Source: an uncultured Lentisphaerota bacterium (GTDB taxonomy: Bacteria > Verrucomicrobiota > Kiritimatiellia > CAIQIC01). Taken from it: DNA of 64,000 bases. Each line of letters opens with the position of its first letter. The first letter of the stretch is position 1. This document shows positions 18,701 through 28,790 of the stretch, piece after piece. The stretch covers positions 70,677 through 134,676 of the forward strand of contig CAISWQ010000028.1 of NCBI GenBank assembly GCA_903889245.1. The letters run 5' to 3'. A program made the position numbers and the translations under genes. The notes under the pieces are model-generated. The model did not search any database and had not been told where the DNA came from. It saw nothing but the letters and a program-made list of their open reading frames with translations.

Positions 18701-20282
18701 CGCGCTGCACGGAATCAACGAGGGCGCGACGGCCGAGCAAGATCACAAGGGGCGCTCCAACGGCGCGCTGTATTTCGATGGCAAGGCGCAGGTGCGCGTG
18801 CCCCACGATCGCCGGCTGGATTTCACGGCGGGGAATAAATACACAGTCGCCTGCTGGGTGAAGCGGACGGGCGGCGCCAGCCCTCAACACATCATCGGCA
18901 AACGCGGGCTGGATGCCGGCTGGTGGCAGATCGCGTGGGAGAACCGGGCGGGCGTCGCCAATCTGCAAGCTGGCACCCTGCCGGAGGGCGTCTGGAAACA
19001 TGTGGCCGAGGTGCGCGATTGCCGCCCGACCACCTGTATCAGCGACACCTATGTGGATGGGGAGATGTACAAGCGGAATCTCGATCACGGCTTCCCGGCC
19101 GGACCGACCTCGGCCGAGCTCATCATTGGCGGGAGTTCTGTTTTCTCCAAGTTCACGGGCATGATCTGCGACGTGCGCATCTATGACCGCGCGCTCTCGG
19201 CGGCGGAGATCGCCACGCTGGCGGGGAAAGCGGCGGTCCCGGCCGCCTTCGTCCCCACGCCGGCCGTGGCGCCGAACGTCACTGGCGGAAGCGCCGCGCG
19301 CCCACAGGCCATCACCCAGGCGAAGTTCTTCAAGGGCACGATCTACGGCAGCCAGTGGGACGTGGGCGCGTGCCTGGCGCGCGCGGGCGGAACGGCCCGC
19401 GTCTGGAGCTTGAGCAGCTCCGAGTTTCCGGCCGATGGCTACGTGGGTTTCTCCTATAACAATCTGGAGGCCGCCAATCCGTTCACGATGACCCTGTTCA
19501 AGGCCGATGGAACCGTGAACCGCGAGATCGTCCAGCGTGGCAAGTTCGTCGCCATGGGCGACGGCAAGTGCATGTTCGTCGCCAATAACGACTGGACCGG
19601 CTACACCCTCTCCGCCACGCCCATCAAGGAGGGCGGCAGCGCCGACTGGCCGCACACGGGCTTCGCCACGCCCGCCGATTACGCCCGCGTCGCGGCGATG
19701 GGCAGGAATGTTCAGGACACAATGACAGGCGGGTTCCAGACTCTTTTCAACGCCCGCGACCTCACCGGCTGGATGTTTCGAGCTTCAGGGGTCAGCAGGG
19801 AGAGCTGGAGTGTCAAGAACGGGGTCCTTGTCAATTCGTTCACCGATAGTGATCACAGCAGTGATTTGGTGACGAAGGAATATTTCAAGGATTTCTCCTT
19901 GAGCTTTGAATATCAGCTTCCACGGCGCTCCAACAGTGGTGTCTATCTACGCGGGTGCTATGAAATTCAACTCTGCGACAATGACGCCTTCCCCAACATC
20001 ACGGCTGCCCAGAGAAACGGCGCCATCTATAAGATTTCCGCTCCCATAAAAGAACTCGCGTGTGCTCCAGAGCGGTGGCACAGGATGGAGGCAACCCTCA
20101 AGGGGCAGCGCCTGACGGTCAGTCTTGATGGCGTTATCATCCATGATGACATCGTGTTGGGGGTGCCCTATTCCCAACACGGTGGCATCCACGGCATGTC
20201 AACTGATTCAGGCCCCATCATATTGCAGGGAACTCATGGGGGCGTCAGTTTCCGCAACATACAAGTCAAACGTCTTGACTGA
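15729..20282 (+). CDS. Ser/Thr protein kinase - two FGE-sulfatase-like domains - LamG/concanavalin-like domain - C-terminal DUF1080 (3-keto-disaccharide-hydrolase-like) domain
   Basis: Kinase motifs are present. Two FGE-like units (FTNGLGMRFQPV...; NGLGMKFVPV...) are followed by a LamG-like block (ALYFDGKAQVRVPHDRRLDFTAGNKYTVACWVKRTG). The C-terminal FQTLFNARDLTGW...KNGVLVNS...GVYLRGCYEIQLCDN is typical of DUF1080. Confidence 0.85.
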   Translation: MRSGEESLSDSPSIVGALVSGNLETLSAGAELGNYRVIRFLGAGGMGAVYLAEHIHLSTRHALKTIRPEVARLKEFKERFLREAKLMARLKHPHIVTCTDAGVVNDTPYLVMDYIEGPGGEPMNLRELLDQRKARGQLMDEAEAVAVGLDICRALEYAHSFRDAGIPHGIIHRDLKPANILLDKETKLYITDFGLARLIGENFEASVVQAHALSMSLGSAPTMRKGQTSTSSDAVGTFDYMSPEQREGRVADTRCDVYALGAILYELLTGRKVVGVPTPPSVVRPGLSPIWDDIILERALAYEPDERYASAGELCRAIEQAYFNRSAEPAVTPVPPPIAPPPPPPAAAEPPASEAAPVAAPRPKKRKAPWVAGGLIATVAVAGLLLWGPWNTNGAKTKARKTAGRQTTTQPSATPATPAPAPAATTTTRPAVPLRTPVPSQPSSPVRSTRSSETPTTTTSALAALQNAEAAFTNGLGMRFQPVPGTEVLFSIWDTRVQDYAEFVRETGQTWEKPEFAQGPTHPVVKVSWNDATAFCVWLTAKERRAGRISPQQGYRLPQDWEWSVAVGLNEAKAGAPSEKKSKEEIYPWDMGQGRMPAPVGAGNYEPSAKVDTFPNTSPVGSFVPNQFGLFDMGGNVRQWCEDFYDGRSGARVLRGGTWSDEDDTIDDLMSSHRARATVSSRQEDYGFRVVLYASVPGGLRNLMPAEKPLPPGLVRPTLNAPHENGLGMKFVPVAGTKVLFSIWDTRVQDYKAFLEATGHSAVRTDFVQGPTHPAVNVSWYDADNFCRWLTRKEQREGRLGPDQFYRLPKDWEWSVAACLPEVKRGTPSDKDGEIDNVYPWANGEGTWPPPSGAGNYAPEVGVDSFDKTSPVGTFAANPHGLFDMGGDVWQWCEDPYDTADEEYRALRGGSWASSRSHMLSSSRKGEEAEDRHNDIGFRCALEVGANQTATQSAVASPAVSVKIPNDHPELDAGLIAHYQLAGDARDRSPNALHGINEGATAEQDHKGRSNGALYFDGKAQVRVPHDRRLDFTAGNKYTVACWVKRTGGASPQHIIGKRGLDAGWWQIAWENRAGVANLQAGTLPEGVWKHVAEVRDCRPTTCISDTYVDGEMYKRNLDHGFPAGPTSAELIIGGSSVFSKFTGMICDVRIYDRALSAAEIATLAGKAAVPAAFVPTPAVAPNVTGGSAARPQAITQAKFFKGTIYGSQWDVGACLARAGGTARVWSLSSSEFPADGYVGFSYNNLEAANPFTMTLFKADGTVNREIVQRGKFVAMGDGKCMFVANNDWTGYTLSATPIKEGGSADWPHTGFATPADYARVAAMGRNVQDTMTGGFQTLFNARDLTGWMFRASGVSRESWSVKNGVLVNSFTDSDHSSDLVTKEYFKDFSLSFEYQLPRRSNSGVYLRGCYEIQLCDNDAFPNITAAQRNGAIYKISAPIKELACAPERWHRMEATLKGQRLTVSLDGVIIHDDIVLGVPYSQHGGIHGMSTDSGPIILQGTHGGVSFRNIQVKRLD

Positions 20283-20343
20283 ATAAATAACCAGTGACTT
20301 TACGGAAGAACAGGTGTGAAACATAGCCTTGAGAGGAAACAAC

Positions 20344-22578
20344 ATGACACCGTTTGATCAAAGCGTGGGCAGCAGTCCGACGATGATCGGCAAGCCGAAG
20401 GGGCCGCCGGTGGATACGCTGGGCGCGGGCGCGGTGCTGGGCAACTATCGCATCGTGCGCTTCCTCGGCGCGGGCGGGATGGGCGCGGTCTATGTGGCCG
20501 ACCACATCCACCTCAAGAGCCGCCACGCGCTCAAGACCATCCGGCCGGAGCTGGCGCGGCGGGCGGGCTTCGAGGAGCGCTTCCTGCGTGAGGCGCGGCT
20601 GACCTCGCGCCTCAAGCATCCGCATATCGTCCCCTGCACCGATGCCGGCGTGGCCGAGGGCGTCCCCTATCTGGTGATGGACTTTATCGAGGGCCCCAAC
20701 GGCGAGCCGATGAATCTCCGGCAGTTGATGGATGACCGCAAGGCCGGCGGCAAGGAGCTCGGCGAAGACGAGGCCGCCGCCGTCGGCCTGGAGATTTGCC
20801 GGGCGCTGGAGTACGCGCACAACTATCACGATGCGGAAATTCCCAGCGGCCTCATCCATCGCGACCTGAAGCCGGGTAACATCCTGCTCGACAAGGACAC
20901 CCGGCTTTATATCACCGACTTCGGCCTGGCGCGGCTGATCGGCGCGCCGACCGAGGGTGAAGTGGAGCAGGACCTCGCGCTCTCGCGCTCGGTGGGCGAA
21001 CTGGCCACGCGGGCGGGCGAGGTCTCGACCAGCTCCGATGCGGTCGGCACCTTCGACTATATGAGCCCGGAGCAGCGCGAGGGCCGCGTGGCCGATGCGC
21101 GCAGCGACATGTATGCGATGGGCGCGATCCTCTATGAACTGCTCACCGGCCGCAAGGTGGTGGGCATGGTCAAGAAGCCGAGCAAGGTGCGCCCGGGACT
21201 GGACCCGGTGTGGGACAAGATCATCCTCGAACGCTGCCTCGCCTATGATCCCGCCCTGCGCTATCCCTCGGCCGGCGATTTGTGCCGGGCGATCGAGCAG
21301 CGTCACGTCGGGGCCGGCGAGAAAACCGCGCCCGTCCCACCGCCGCTGAAACTCGCAGCCGTTCCAGCGCCGCCGCTGCCGGCCCCGCCGTTGCCGGCGC
21401 CGGCCGCCACCGTGGTCGTGCCGGCGCCGGCCGCGCCGCCGAAACCCGCCGCGCCCCGAAAAAAAACCGCGCTGTGGATTGCCGGCGGCGCGCTGGCGGG
21501 GGTGGTGCTGGCAGGCGGGCTGGCGTGGTGGATCATCAGCAACCTCGAAGGCAACCCCTTCACGCTGTTCACCGACAAGGACAAGCCGGGCACCAGCAGC
21601 GTCACCGCACCCGCCCCCAAGGGACCGGAGCTATCCGCCGCCGAGAACATGCAGCGGTATAACGCCGCCATGCAGGCGCGGGAGAAGCTGGCCACGGTGG
21701 GCCGGGGCCATGGCTTCGGCGAGAAGCTCGATCAGGTGGATCTCCTCTGGCGGGCCGGCGAAACCGCGCGCCACGCCCAGGATTGGCCGGAGGCGCTGCG
21801 GAACTACGACAAGGTGCTGATGGAGAGCCAGCGGTTGCAGGACCTCGACAGCCAGCGCAAGCAGGCGCTCGCCGGCGCGCAGCAAGCGACCGTGGCCAAG
21901 CAGACGGCCGCCAACGCGGGCGCGGCGGAACTGGCGGCGGAAGCGTGGACGCAACTGACGCAGCAGTTGCGCGAGGCGGACCGGCTGCTGGAACAGGGCC
22001 TCTTTGGCGAGGCCGACCGCGCCTATCAGGTGGTGAGCCGCTCGGCCTCCACCGCGGAACAGTTGGCGGGACAGCACAAGGTCTATCGCCAGGCCAAGAC
22101 CGATTATGAAACGGCCCTCGCCCGCGCCAATGTGAGCCAGCTCAACGAATATGGCGGCGAGACGTGGGAGTCCGTCAGGCTCCAGGCGCTGCAAGGCGCC
22201 AACCGGAGCGCGGACCCGGTCAGCGGCCTCACCTATTATCAGCAGGCGCTCAACCGGCTGCCGGCGGCGATCGCGGCAGCCGAGGCGGCGCAACGAGCCG
22301 GGACACGGATGCCGGTGCAATATGTGGCGGAACCGCAACCCTCGGCCCCCACACCGGTCAGCCGGATGGTCTGCCCGACCTGCCGGGGCGCCAAAACAAC
22401 CGACTCCTCCTCCGGCCAGACCTGTAACGTCTGCCAAGGAAAGGGTGTTTATACCTCGCAACTCAAGGGCAGCCAGAGCCGTGGTGTGGGTGCCTGTCCG
22501 TTCTGCCGTGGCTCGGGCAGGGTCACCACACGCACGTCCTGTTATACCTGCGGCGGCAGCGGCACCATCATGCGGTGA
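20344..22578 (+). CDS. Ser/Thr protein kinase - TM - coiled coil - C-terminal DnaJ-type zinc-finger repeats (paralog of 3226..5709)
   Basis: Kinase motifs are present, and the C-terminus is CPTCRGAKTT...CNVCQGKGVY...CPFCRGSGRV...CYTCGGSGT. Its internal coiled-coil segment is homologous to that of the 3226 kinase (NREYGFGASLERAELLWQAAETARNAQQWSEA... versus GRGHGFGEKLDQVDLLWRAGETARHAQDWPEA...). Confidence 0.85.
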   Translation: MTPFDQSVGSSPTMIGKPKGPPVDTLGAGAVLGNYRIVRFLGAGGMGAVYVADHIHLKSRHALKTIRPELARRAGFEERFLREARLTSRLKHPHIVPCTDAGVAEGVPYLVMDFIEGPNGEPMNLRQLMDDRKAGGKELGEDEAAAVGLEICRALEYAHNYHDAEIPSGLIHRDLKPGNILLDKDTRLYITDFGLARLIGAPTEGEVEQDLALSRSVGELATRAGEVSTSSDAVGTFDYMSPEQREGRVADARSDMYAMGAILYELLTGRKVVGMVKKPSKVRPGLDPVWDKIILERCLAYDPALRYPSAGDLCRAIEQRHVGAGEKTAPVPPPLKLAAVPAPPLPAPPLPAPAATVVVPAPAAPPKPAAPRKKTALWIAGGALAGVVLAGGLAWWIISNLEGNPFTLFTDKDKPGTSSVTAPAPKGPELSAAENMQRYNAAMQAREKLATVGRGHGFGEKLDQVDLLWRAGETARHAQDWPEALRNYDKVLMESQRLQDLDSQRKQALAGAQQATVAKQTAANAGAAELAAEAWTQLTQQLREADRLLEQGLFGEADRAYQVVSRSASTAEQLAGQHKVYRQAKTDYETALARANVSQLNEYGGETWESVRLQALQGANRSADPVSGLTYYQQALNRLPAAIAAAEAAQRAGTRMPVQYVAEPQPSAPTPVSRMVCPTCRGAKTTDSSSGQTCNVCQGKGVYTSQLKGSQSRGVGACPFCRGSGRVTTRTSCYTCGGSGTIMR

Positions 22579-22587
22579 TGATGACGA

Positions 22588-22725
22588 GAGGTGGACAAAA
22601 AAATGGAAGACAGAAACATGGGCAGCAGAGGTCAGCGATCAGAGGGCGGGCGTTTTTCCACTTTTTTGCACGCCATTTTTCTGCCAGCCTCCGGCTTGGC
22701 GGGCCACGCTCCGTCGTGGCCGCTC
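22588..22725. repeat. MITE-like repeat copy (gtggacaaaaaaatggaagacag module + hairpin B 22702..22721)
   Basis: Sequence identity to the other copies. Confidence 0.75.
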
Positions 22726-22842
22726 TGTTCCTGCCTTCCTGCTTTCCTCATTCAGACAGGTAATCCAAGCCTTGGAAAATTGTTTACCGCCAAGACGCCG
22801 AGGACGCCAAGAACGGAGAAGGCGGACCTTGCATGGCAGAAA

Positions 22843-22980
22843 AATCGTGGACAAAAAAATGGAAGACAGAAAAAGAAGAGGGGATGAACAGCGAAGGCGG
22901 GAAGACGCGAAGAAAAACCGACTCGACTTCGCTTCTTCCCGTCTTCCCTGTTCAATCAGGCCACGCTCCGTCGTGGCCGG
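22843..22980. repeat. MITE-like repeat copy (hairpin B 22959..22978)
   Basis: gtggacaaaaaaatggaagacagaaaaagaagagg...gaacagcgaaggcgggaag...caggccacgctccgtcgtggccgg. Confidence 0.75.
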
Positions 22981-23064
22981 CTCTGGCCCTCCACCCTTGG
23001 CGGGCTTGGCGTCTTGGCGGTTTTCTTTTGCGGTTGGGGACGATAGGAATGCAAGGGTGACACC

Positions 23065-26000
23065 ATGAAACCATTTGAGGAAAGTCTGGGCAGCAGCCCG
23101 ACGTTGACCGGCGCGCGGAGCGAGGCCGGCGAGACGTTGAGCGCGGGCGTGGTGCTGGGCAACTACCGCATCGTGCGGCTGCTGGGCGCGGGCGGAATGG
23201 GCGCCGTCTATCTGGTGGAGCACATCCAACTCAAGACTCGGCACGCGCTAAAGATCATCCGGCCAGAGTTCGCCAAGCAACAGAATTTTGCCGAGCGCTT
23301 CCAGCGCGAGGCCAAGCTGGCCGCACGGCTCAAGCATCCGCATATCGTCGCCTGCACGGATACCGGCGTCGCCGAGGGCATTCCGTTTCTGGTGATGGAC
23401 TATATCGAAGGTCCGGCTGGCGAGCCATTGAACCTGCGGCAATTGTTGGATCAACGCCGCGAGCGGGGCGAATTATTCGATGAGGATGAAGCCACGGCCG
23501 TCGGGCTGGATATCTGCAAGGCGCTGGAGTATGCGCATAACTATCGCGATGCCGAGATCTTGAGCGGCATCATCCACCGCGACCTGAAACCCGCGAACAT
23601 CCTGCTCGACAAGGACACCAAGCTCTACATCGCCGATTTTGGCCTGGCGCGTGTGATTGGAACGCAGTTCGAAGCGAGTGTGATCAGTTCTTACGCGCTT
23701 TCGCGCTCATTGGGTGAGTTGCCAACCCGGAAGGGTCAAGTCTCCGTCAGTAACGATGCCGTTGGCACATTTGAATACATGAGCCCGGAGCAACGTGATG
23801 GCCGCGTTGCCGATGCGCGCAGCGACGTGTATGCGATGGGGGTGATCCTCTACGAGCTGCTGACTGGTCGCAAGGTCGCGGGCGTACCTGCGCCGCCCAG
23901 TTCGGTTCGCCAGGAACTGTCACCCAAGTGGGATGAGATTCTGGAGCGTGCTTTGGACTACGAGCCCAAGGAGCGGTACGACTCGGCCGGCGATTTGCGC
24001 CGCGCCATCGAGGGTGTGCGTACCCAGGCTGTAGAGCCGTCCGCCCCACCTCCTTCTGCTCCAGAGAAATCCGACGCGGGCAAGCCGAGGGCTTCCCCCA
24101 GAAAAACGAAGATGGTTGGGCTGGTTGTCGCCGGTATCGCGGGCTTGTTGGTCCTAGGAGGTGTGGTGAAGTGGCTCACTGGCCCCGAACAAAAGCCAAT
24201 CCCACCCGAGCAGAAGGCCGTGAAGGAGCCGCCAACGAAATTGTCGGTGGCTGCGGTGACGCCACCACCCGCCACTAACATGCCGGTGACTCAAATTGTA
24301 CCGTCACCGTCATCTGTTTCCACAGCCGCTGTTGTTCCGACAACAACCATATTGCCAAAGCCATTCGCTCCAGCAATGGTGGCACCCTCTCTCGATGCGC
24401 CTTATACAAACAGCTTGGGAATGCAACTTGTGCCAGTGCCGGGGGCGAAGGTGTTGTTCTGCAAATGGGAGACACGGGTGCAGGATTTCGAGGCATTTGT
24501 GAAGGCGACCGGTTATAACGCGACTAATGTCATGTTCTCCTGGCGCGTTGGTGGTTGGAGATGCCGTGGCGATACTTGGCAGAGTCCAGGCTTTGTTCAA
24601 GGCCCGACGCATCCAGTTTGCGGTGTGAGTTGGGATGATGCGCAAGCGTTCTGCAAGTGGCTGACGCAAAAGGAAAGGGAGGAAGGACGACTAAATCCCG
24701 AGCGAGCCTACCGGTTGCCGCAGGATTGGGAGTGGAGTGTGGCGGTGGGTCTGAACGAGGCGCGCCATTGCGCACCGAAGGACAACGACAGAAAAAGAGA
24801 AAATGTCTTTCCGTGGGGCCACCAGTGGCCTCCGCCACGCGGCGCGGGGAATTTCGCGGGAGTAGAAGTGATGGATGAAGCTTGGCCAAAAGCGTATCCA
24901 GTGATTGCCGCCAACGATGGCTTCCCGCGCACAGCGCCTGTGGGGAGTTTTCTAGCCAACCAATTTGGCTTGTTCGACATGACGGGCAACCTCTGGGAAC
25001 TTTGCGAGGATTGGTATGAAGGCGAGCAAAAGTCACGGGTTCTGCGTGGCGGAGCGTGGAACAGTTTTGATTCTGGCAGTCTGCTTTCATCGGCCCGCGA
25101 CAATATTGACCCTGCCACCCGCTATTCCGTCAATGGATTCCGGGTTGTGTTGGCGTCGTGCTCTGCTGTCACTGTCATTAAAGTTCAAACTAGTCCGGAA
25201 ATTATAAACGGTGCAATTGAACACAAAGTTGGTGACCCATTAATGGTAGATTTCGGCGATGGTGTAAAAATGGATTTTGTGTGGATTCCACCCGGTGAAT
25301 TTTTGATGGGAAGCCCGGAAGGTGAGATGGGGCGGGGCAGTAACGAAACGCCACATCGCGTAACGATTTCAAAAGGTTTCTGGATGGGTAAAACAGAGGT
25401 GACGCAGACGCAGTGGAGGCGGGTCATGAGTATCAACCCCTCCCGAAATACCACGGGTGCCGCCCAGCCGGTACAGTGCGTAAGTTGGTATGACTGCCAA
25501 GAGTTCATCAACGTACTTAACCAGAAACGTGATATTAGTAACTTGCGGTTCAGTTTACCGACGGAGGCGCAGTGGGAATATGCCTGCCGGGCGGGGACAA
25601 AGACATGTTTCTACAATGGCAACACAGAGCCCGACTTGGCGCGCGTGGGGTGGTATAAAGCTAATAGTGACAGCGACACACACGCGGTGGGAGAAAAAGA
25701 GGCGAACATGTGGGGCTTGTTGGATATGCATGGGAATGTCTGGGAATGGTGCCAGGATTGGTTTGGAAATTATGAAACTGGCATGGCGCGCGATCCCACA
25801 GGGCCGAGTTCTGGGGATGAACGGGTTTTACGAGGTGGTTCGGAGGACGATAATTCAAAAAACTGCCGGGCGGCGAGCCGTCTTAGTACGACTCCTAGAT
25901 CTTCTGGCACCGACATCGGCTTGCGGTTGGCGTTGGTGCCGCCCTCCGATGCAACTGACAAGAGGGTTCAAGCTAGTCCAGCATCTTCCAGCGTTGTGGT

Positions 26001-26802
26001 TGAACACAAGGCTGGCAATCCATTGACGACGGTGGATTTAGGAAGTGGTGTGAAAATGGAGTTTGTTTGGATCCCTCCCGGGAAATTTCTGATGGGAAGT
26101 CCGTCAAGCGAGCAGGGGCACACTGATCATGAAGGTCCTCAGCACCTCGTGACGATCTCCAAAGGTTTCTGGATGGGTAAGACAGAGGTGAGCCAGCGGC
26201 AATACAAGCAACTCATCGGCGTCAATCCCAGCAGCAATAGGGGCGCTGATCTGCCGGTGGAGAAGGTGGACTGGAATCAGGCGAAGGCGTTTTGCGAGGA
26301 GTTACAAACATGGCTGCCTCCCGAGTTGCGCGGAAAAACGGTACGTCTGCCGACCGAGGCGGAGTGGGAATGTGCATGCAGGGCCGGCAGCAAAGATCCC
26401 TACGCTGGCGAGTTGAATATGATGGGTTGGTATGATCAGAATAGTGGCAACGCGACGCATCCAGTCGGGCAGAAACAGCCGAACGCCTGGGGTCTCCATG
26501 ATATGCACGGGAATGTGATGGAATGGTGCGGGGATGGGTCAAGAAAATATACGGCGAACGAGGTTGTCGATCCCGAAGGTAAAGGGGCGCTTCATGGGAT
26601 GCGCGGCGGAAGTTACGAAGAGAACGCAGGAGATTGTCGTTCCGCAGACCGTGGCTTCAACTATCCCATCCATCGGTTCGACAACCTTGGTTTTCGGGTA
26701 GTGGTGGCGTTGGTTTCAAATTCAGCTTCAAAGGCGGCTACAGATCGGGCGGTGACATCCACAAGTAATGATATAGACAAAGGGTCAAGTAGGGTCAGAT
26801 AG
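23065..26802 (+). CDS. Ser/Thr protein kinase - TM - three FGE-sulfatase-like domains
   Basis: The kinase head resembles the others. One N-type FGE unit is followed by two classic FGE units (VTISKGFWMGKTEV..., RLPTEAQWEYACRAG, GNVWEWC). None retains the C-x4-C catalytic pair. Confidence 0.9.
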   Translation: MKPFEESLGSSPTLTGARSEAGETLSAGVVLGNYRIVRLLGAGGMGAVYLVEHIQLKTRHALKIIRPEFAKQQNFAERFQREAKLAARLKHPHIVACTDTGVAEGIPFLVMDYIEGPAGEPLNLRQLLDQRRERGELFDEDEATAVGLDICKALEYAHNYRDAEILSGIIHRDLKPANILLDKDTKLYIADFGLARVIGTQFEASVISSYALSRSLGELPTRKGQVSVSNDAVGTFEYMSPEQRDGRVADARSDVYAMGVILYELLTGRKVAGVPAPPSSVRQELSPKWDEILERALDYEPKERYDSAGDLRRAIEGVRTQAVEPSAPPPSAPEKSDAGKPRASPRKTKMVGLVVAGIAGLLVLGGVVKWLTGPEQKPIPPEQKAVKEPPTKLSVAAVTPPPATNMPVTQIVPSPSSVSTAAVVPTTTILPKPFAPAMVAPSLDAPYTNSLGMQLVPVPGAKVLFCKWETRVQDFEAFVKATGYNATNVMFSWRVGGWRCRGDTWQSPGFVQGPTHPVCGVSWDDAQAFCKWLTQKEREEGRLNPERAYRLPQDWEWSVAVGLNEARHCAPKDNDRKRENVFPWGHQWPPPRGAGNFAGVEVMDEAWPKAYPVIAANDGFPRTAPVGSFLANQFGLFDMTGNLWELCEDWYEGEQKSRVLRGGAWNSFDSGSLLSSARDNIDPATRYSVNGFRVVLASCSAVTVIKVQTSPEIINGAIEHKVGDPLMVDFGDGVKMDFVWIPPGEFLMGSPEGEMGRGSNETPHRVTISKGFWMGKTEVTQTQWRRVMSINPSRNTTGAAQPVQCVSWYDCQEFINVLNQKRDISNLRFSLPTEAQWEYACRAGTKTCFYNGNTEPDLARVGWYKANSDSDTHAVGEKEANMWGLLDMHGNVWEWCQDWFGNYETGMARDPTGPSSGDERVLRGGSEDDNSKNCRAASRLSTTPRSSGTDIGLRLALVPPSDATDKRVQASPASSSVVVEHKAGNPLTTVDLGSGVKMEFVWIPPGKFLMGSPSSEQGHTDHEGPQHLVTISKGFWMGKTEVSQRQYKQLIGVNPSSNRGADLPVEKVDWNQAKAFCEELQTWLPPELRGKTVRLPTEAEWECACRAGSKDPYAGELNMMGWYDQNSGNATHPVGQKQPNAWGLHDMHGNVMEWCGDGSRKYTANEVVDPEGKGALHGMRGGSYEENAGDCRSADRGFNYPIHRFDNLGFRVVVALVSNSASKAATDRAVTSTSNDIDKGSSRVR

Positions 26803-26885
26803 CCGTGCATGGTGAATAGCGGGTTAAGTTGGTTTATGTGGCCGCTGCGATTGCGCGAATGGTTGGGTGTTTAGATGACAATCTC

Positions 26886-27012
26886 CTCGGCTATAGTTGG
26901 GTATCACTTGCGGGCGGCGTTGGTTTCGCAGGCCTAGATGTTGTAGGCGATGCAGACAGCTAGCAGGAGGGCGGTGAGGAGTGTGGCGTTGAGCTTGTGG
27001 GGATTTCCATTC
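26886..27012 (-). pseudogene. Remnant duplicate of the 3' end (C-terminal TM module) of kinase 28790..30262
   Basis: About 85% nt identity over ~100 bp with 28786..28890. It translates to PHKLNATLLTALLLAVCIAYNI*, a premature stop in the middle of the YNIWACETLA motif. Confidence 0.7.
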
Positions 27013-27060
27013 TGAAAGCCGGGGGTTGACATGTTGAATATCGGTAGATAGGGTGCCGAT

Positions 27061-28248
27061 ATGCAACATACGGAAATCAGCCGCAAGAGCCTGATGGAGG
27101 CGCTGGCGCTGCGCTGCGCGGAGTCGCCGGTCACAGTCCTGTTGGGGGCGCGTCAGGTGGGCAAGACGACGCTGGCCCGACTGTTCACGCAAGGTCGCGC
27201 CGATCTAACGTGGTTTGACCTCGAGACCACGGCGGGCATGGAGGCGTTGCGCGCCATGCCGGAAAAAACCTTGGCCGACAAGCGCGGGTTGGTGGTTTTG
27301 GATGAGATCCAGCGCATGCCGGAGTTGTTCCGCATCTTGCGTCCGCTGTGCGACCGCGCGGGTTGTCCGGCCCGGTTCTTGTTGCTGGGCAGCGCCTCGC
27401 CGGAGTTGGTGCGCGGCGTCTCGGAATCGCTGGCCGGTCGCGCACAGTTTTTACAGGTGCCGGGTTTGACCATGGAGGAGGTCGGCGGTCAACATCAGGA
27501 CCGGCTCTGGATGCGCGGCGGGCTGCCCTTGGCCTATCTGGCCAAGGACAACACAGCAGCGGCGCGTTGGCATGAGGGTTTTGTGCAGACCTTTCTGGAA
27601 CGCGACATACCTCAACTGGGCCTGCGCGTGGCGGCCGCCACGCTCCGTCGCTTTTGGTCCATGGCCGCGCACTACCACGCCCAGATTCTGAATCTGGCCG
27701 AGTTGGGTCGTGTGTTGGGGGTTTCGCCCGGCGCGGCCCGCCATCATCTGGACATACTCTGTGGGTCCTATGTGTTGCGGCAACTGCCGCCTTGGTTCGA
27801 GAACCTCGGCAAGCGGCAGGTCAAAACACCCAAGCTCTTCTTCCGCGACACCGGCTTGTTACACTTCTTCCTTGGGATAGAGGACCTGGAAAGCCTGCTG
27901 GCCCATCCGCGCCTTGGCGCCTCGTGGGAGGGCTTCGCCTTGGAGCAGATTTTGGCACAGGTGGGCGACCGGGATGCTTATTTCTGGGCCACGCAACGGG
28001 GTGCGGAACTGGACCTTTTGCTGGTGCGGCGAGGCCGGCGTTTTGGTTTTGAATTCAAGGTCAGCGACGCACCCAAATTGACAGCCTCCATGCGGATTGC
28101 GCTGGCGGATCTGAAACTCGACCAGCTCTGGGTCTTACATCCGGGCGAGGCGGAGACCTATGCCTTGCACGAACGCATCGAGGCTTGCTCCTTGCGGCAT
28201 TGGCGACCTGCTTTCTTGGAGGCGCGCAGAGGGCGGTCCGTGAGATAA
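27061..28248 (+). CDS. AAA+ ATPase of the AAA_14/DUF4143 family (ATP-binding protein)
   Basis: Walker A LLGARQVGKTTLARLF. Overall architecture and length are typical of DUF4143 ATPases. Confidence 0.75.
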   Translation: MQHTEISRKSLMEALALRCAESPVTVLLGARQVGKTTLARLFTQGRADLTWFDLETTAGMEALRAMPEKTLADKRGLVVLDEIQRMPELFRILRPLCDRAGCPARFLLLGSASPELVRGVSESLAGRAQFLQVPGLTMEEVGGQHQDRLWMRGGLPLAYLAKDNTAAARWHEGFVQTFLERDIPQLGLRVAAATLRRFWSMAAHYHAQILNLAELGRVLGVSPGAARHHLDILCGSYVLRQLPPWFENLGKRQVKTPKLFFRDTGLLHFFLGIEDLESLLAHPRLGASWEGFALEQILAQVGDRDAYFWATQRGAELDLLLVRRGRRFGFEFKVSDAPKLTASMRIALADLKLDQLWVLHPGEAETYALHERIEACSLRHWRPAFLEARRGRSVR

Positions 28249-28249
28249 A

Positions 28250-28790
28250 ATGCGGAATATGTCCGTTTGCAAATCCTCGGCCCTTGTTCCTGCGTTCCGA
28301 CCTTCCAGATTTTTTGAATGAGGAAATCAGGAAGCCAGGAAAAGAGGCGAGACAAGGGAGTGGAGACAAAGGAATGAGCCATGCTCCGCATACCTCTGTC
28401 TCCATTTCTTTGTCCACCGAGGCTTCTTCGCGTCCTCCCGTCTTCGCTGTTTTCCTGCGGACGCGACAGAGCGCGTCCCTCCACGCGGGATTATTTTTCC
28501 GGTCTGCATTTTTCTGCCCACAATTTTTCTGCCAGTCCATCTGTAGCGGCCCAAGAAATGGAGGGCCACGCTCCGTCGTGGCCGCTGCAGGGCGGGAGGG
28601 ATATGTTTTTCTGTCTGCGGTTTTTCTGTCCACTGCTGGTCCCGCTTTCCGGCCTTCCAAATTGGTTTCTGAATTTGGAAATCAGGAAGCCAGGAAAAGA
28701 GGCGAGACAAGGGAGTGGAGACAAAGGAATGAGCCATGCTCCGCATACCTCTGTCTCCATTCCTTTGTCGGAGCTCAATCCGCAGGGCAT
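28250..28790. repeat. Repeat-rich 540-bp intergenic block: nested, partly inverted copies of the MITE-like modules (hairpin A 28459..28478, hairpin B 28564..28583; two copies of gggagtggagacaaaggaatgagccatgctccgcatacctctgtctccatt)
   Basis: Internal direct repeat 28352..28410 versus 28700..28760. Inverted copy of the gtggacagaaaaa module at 28600..28640. ctgtagcggc motif shared with 30350..30410. Confidence 0.7.

Noticed and set aside
22578-23065. Small ORFs inside repeat-rich intergenic regions (e.g. 22591..22887, 22833..23060, 28381..28878, 36888..37268, 40038..40475)
   Set aside because: They are composed entirely of the MITE-like and palindrome repeat sequence, occur in several overlapping frames, and have no start-site context or motifs.
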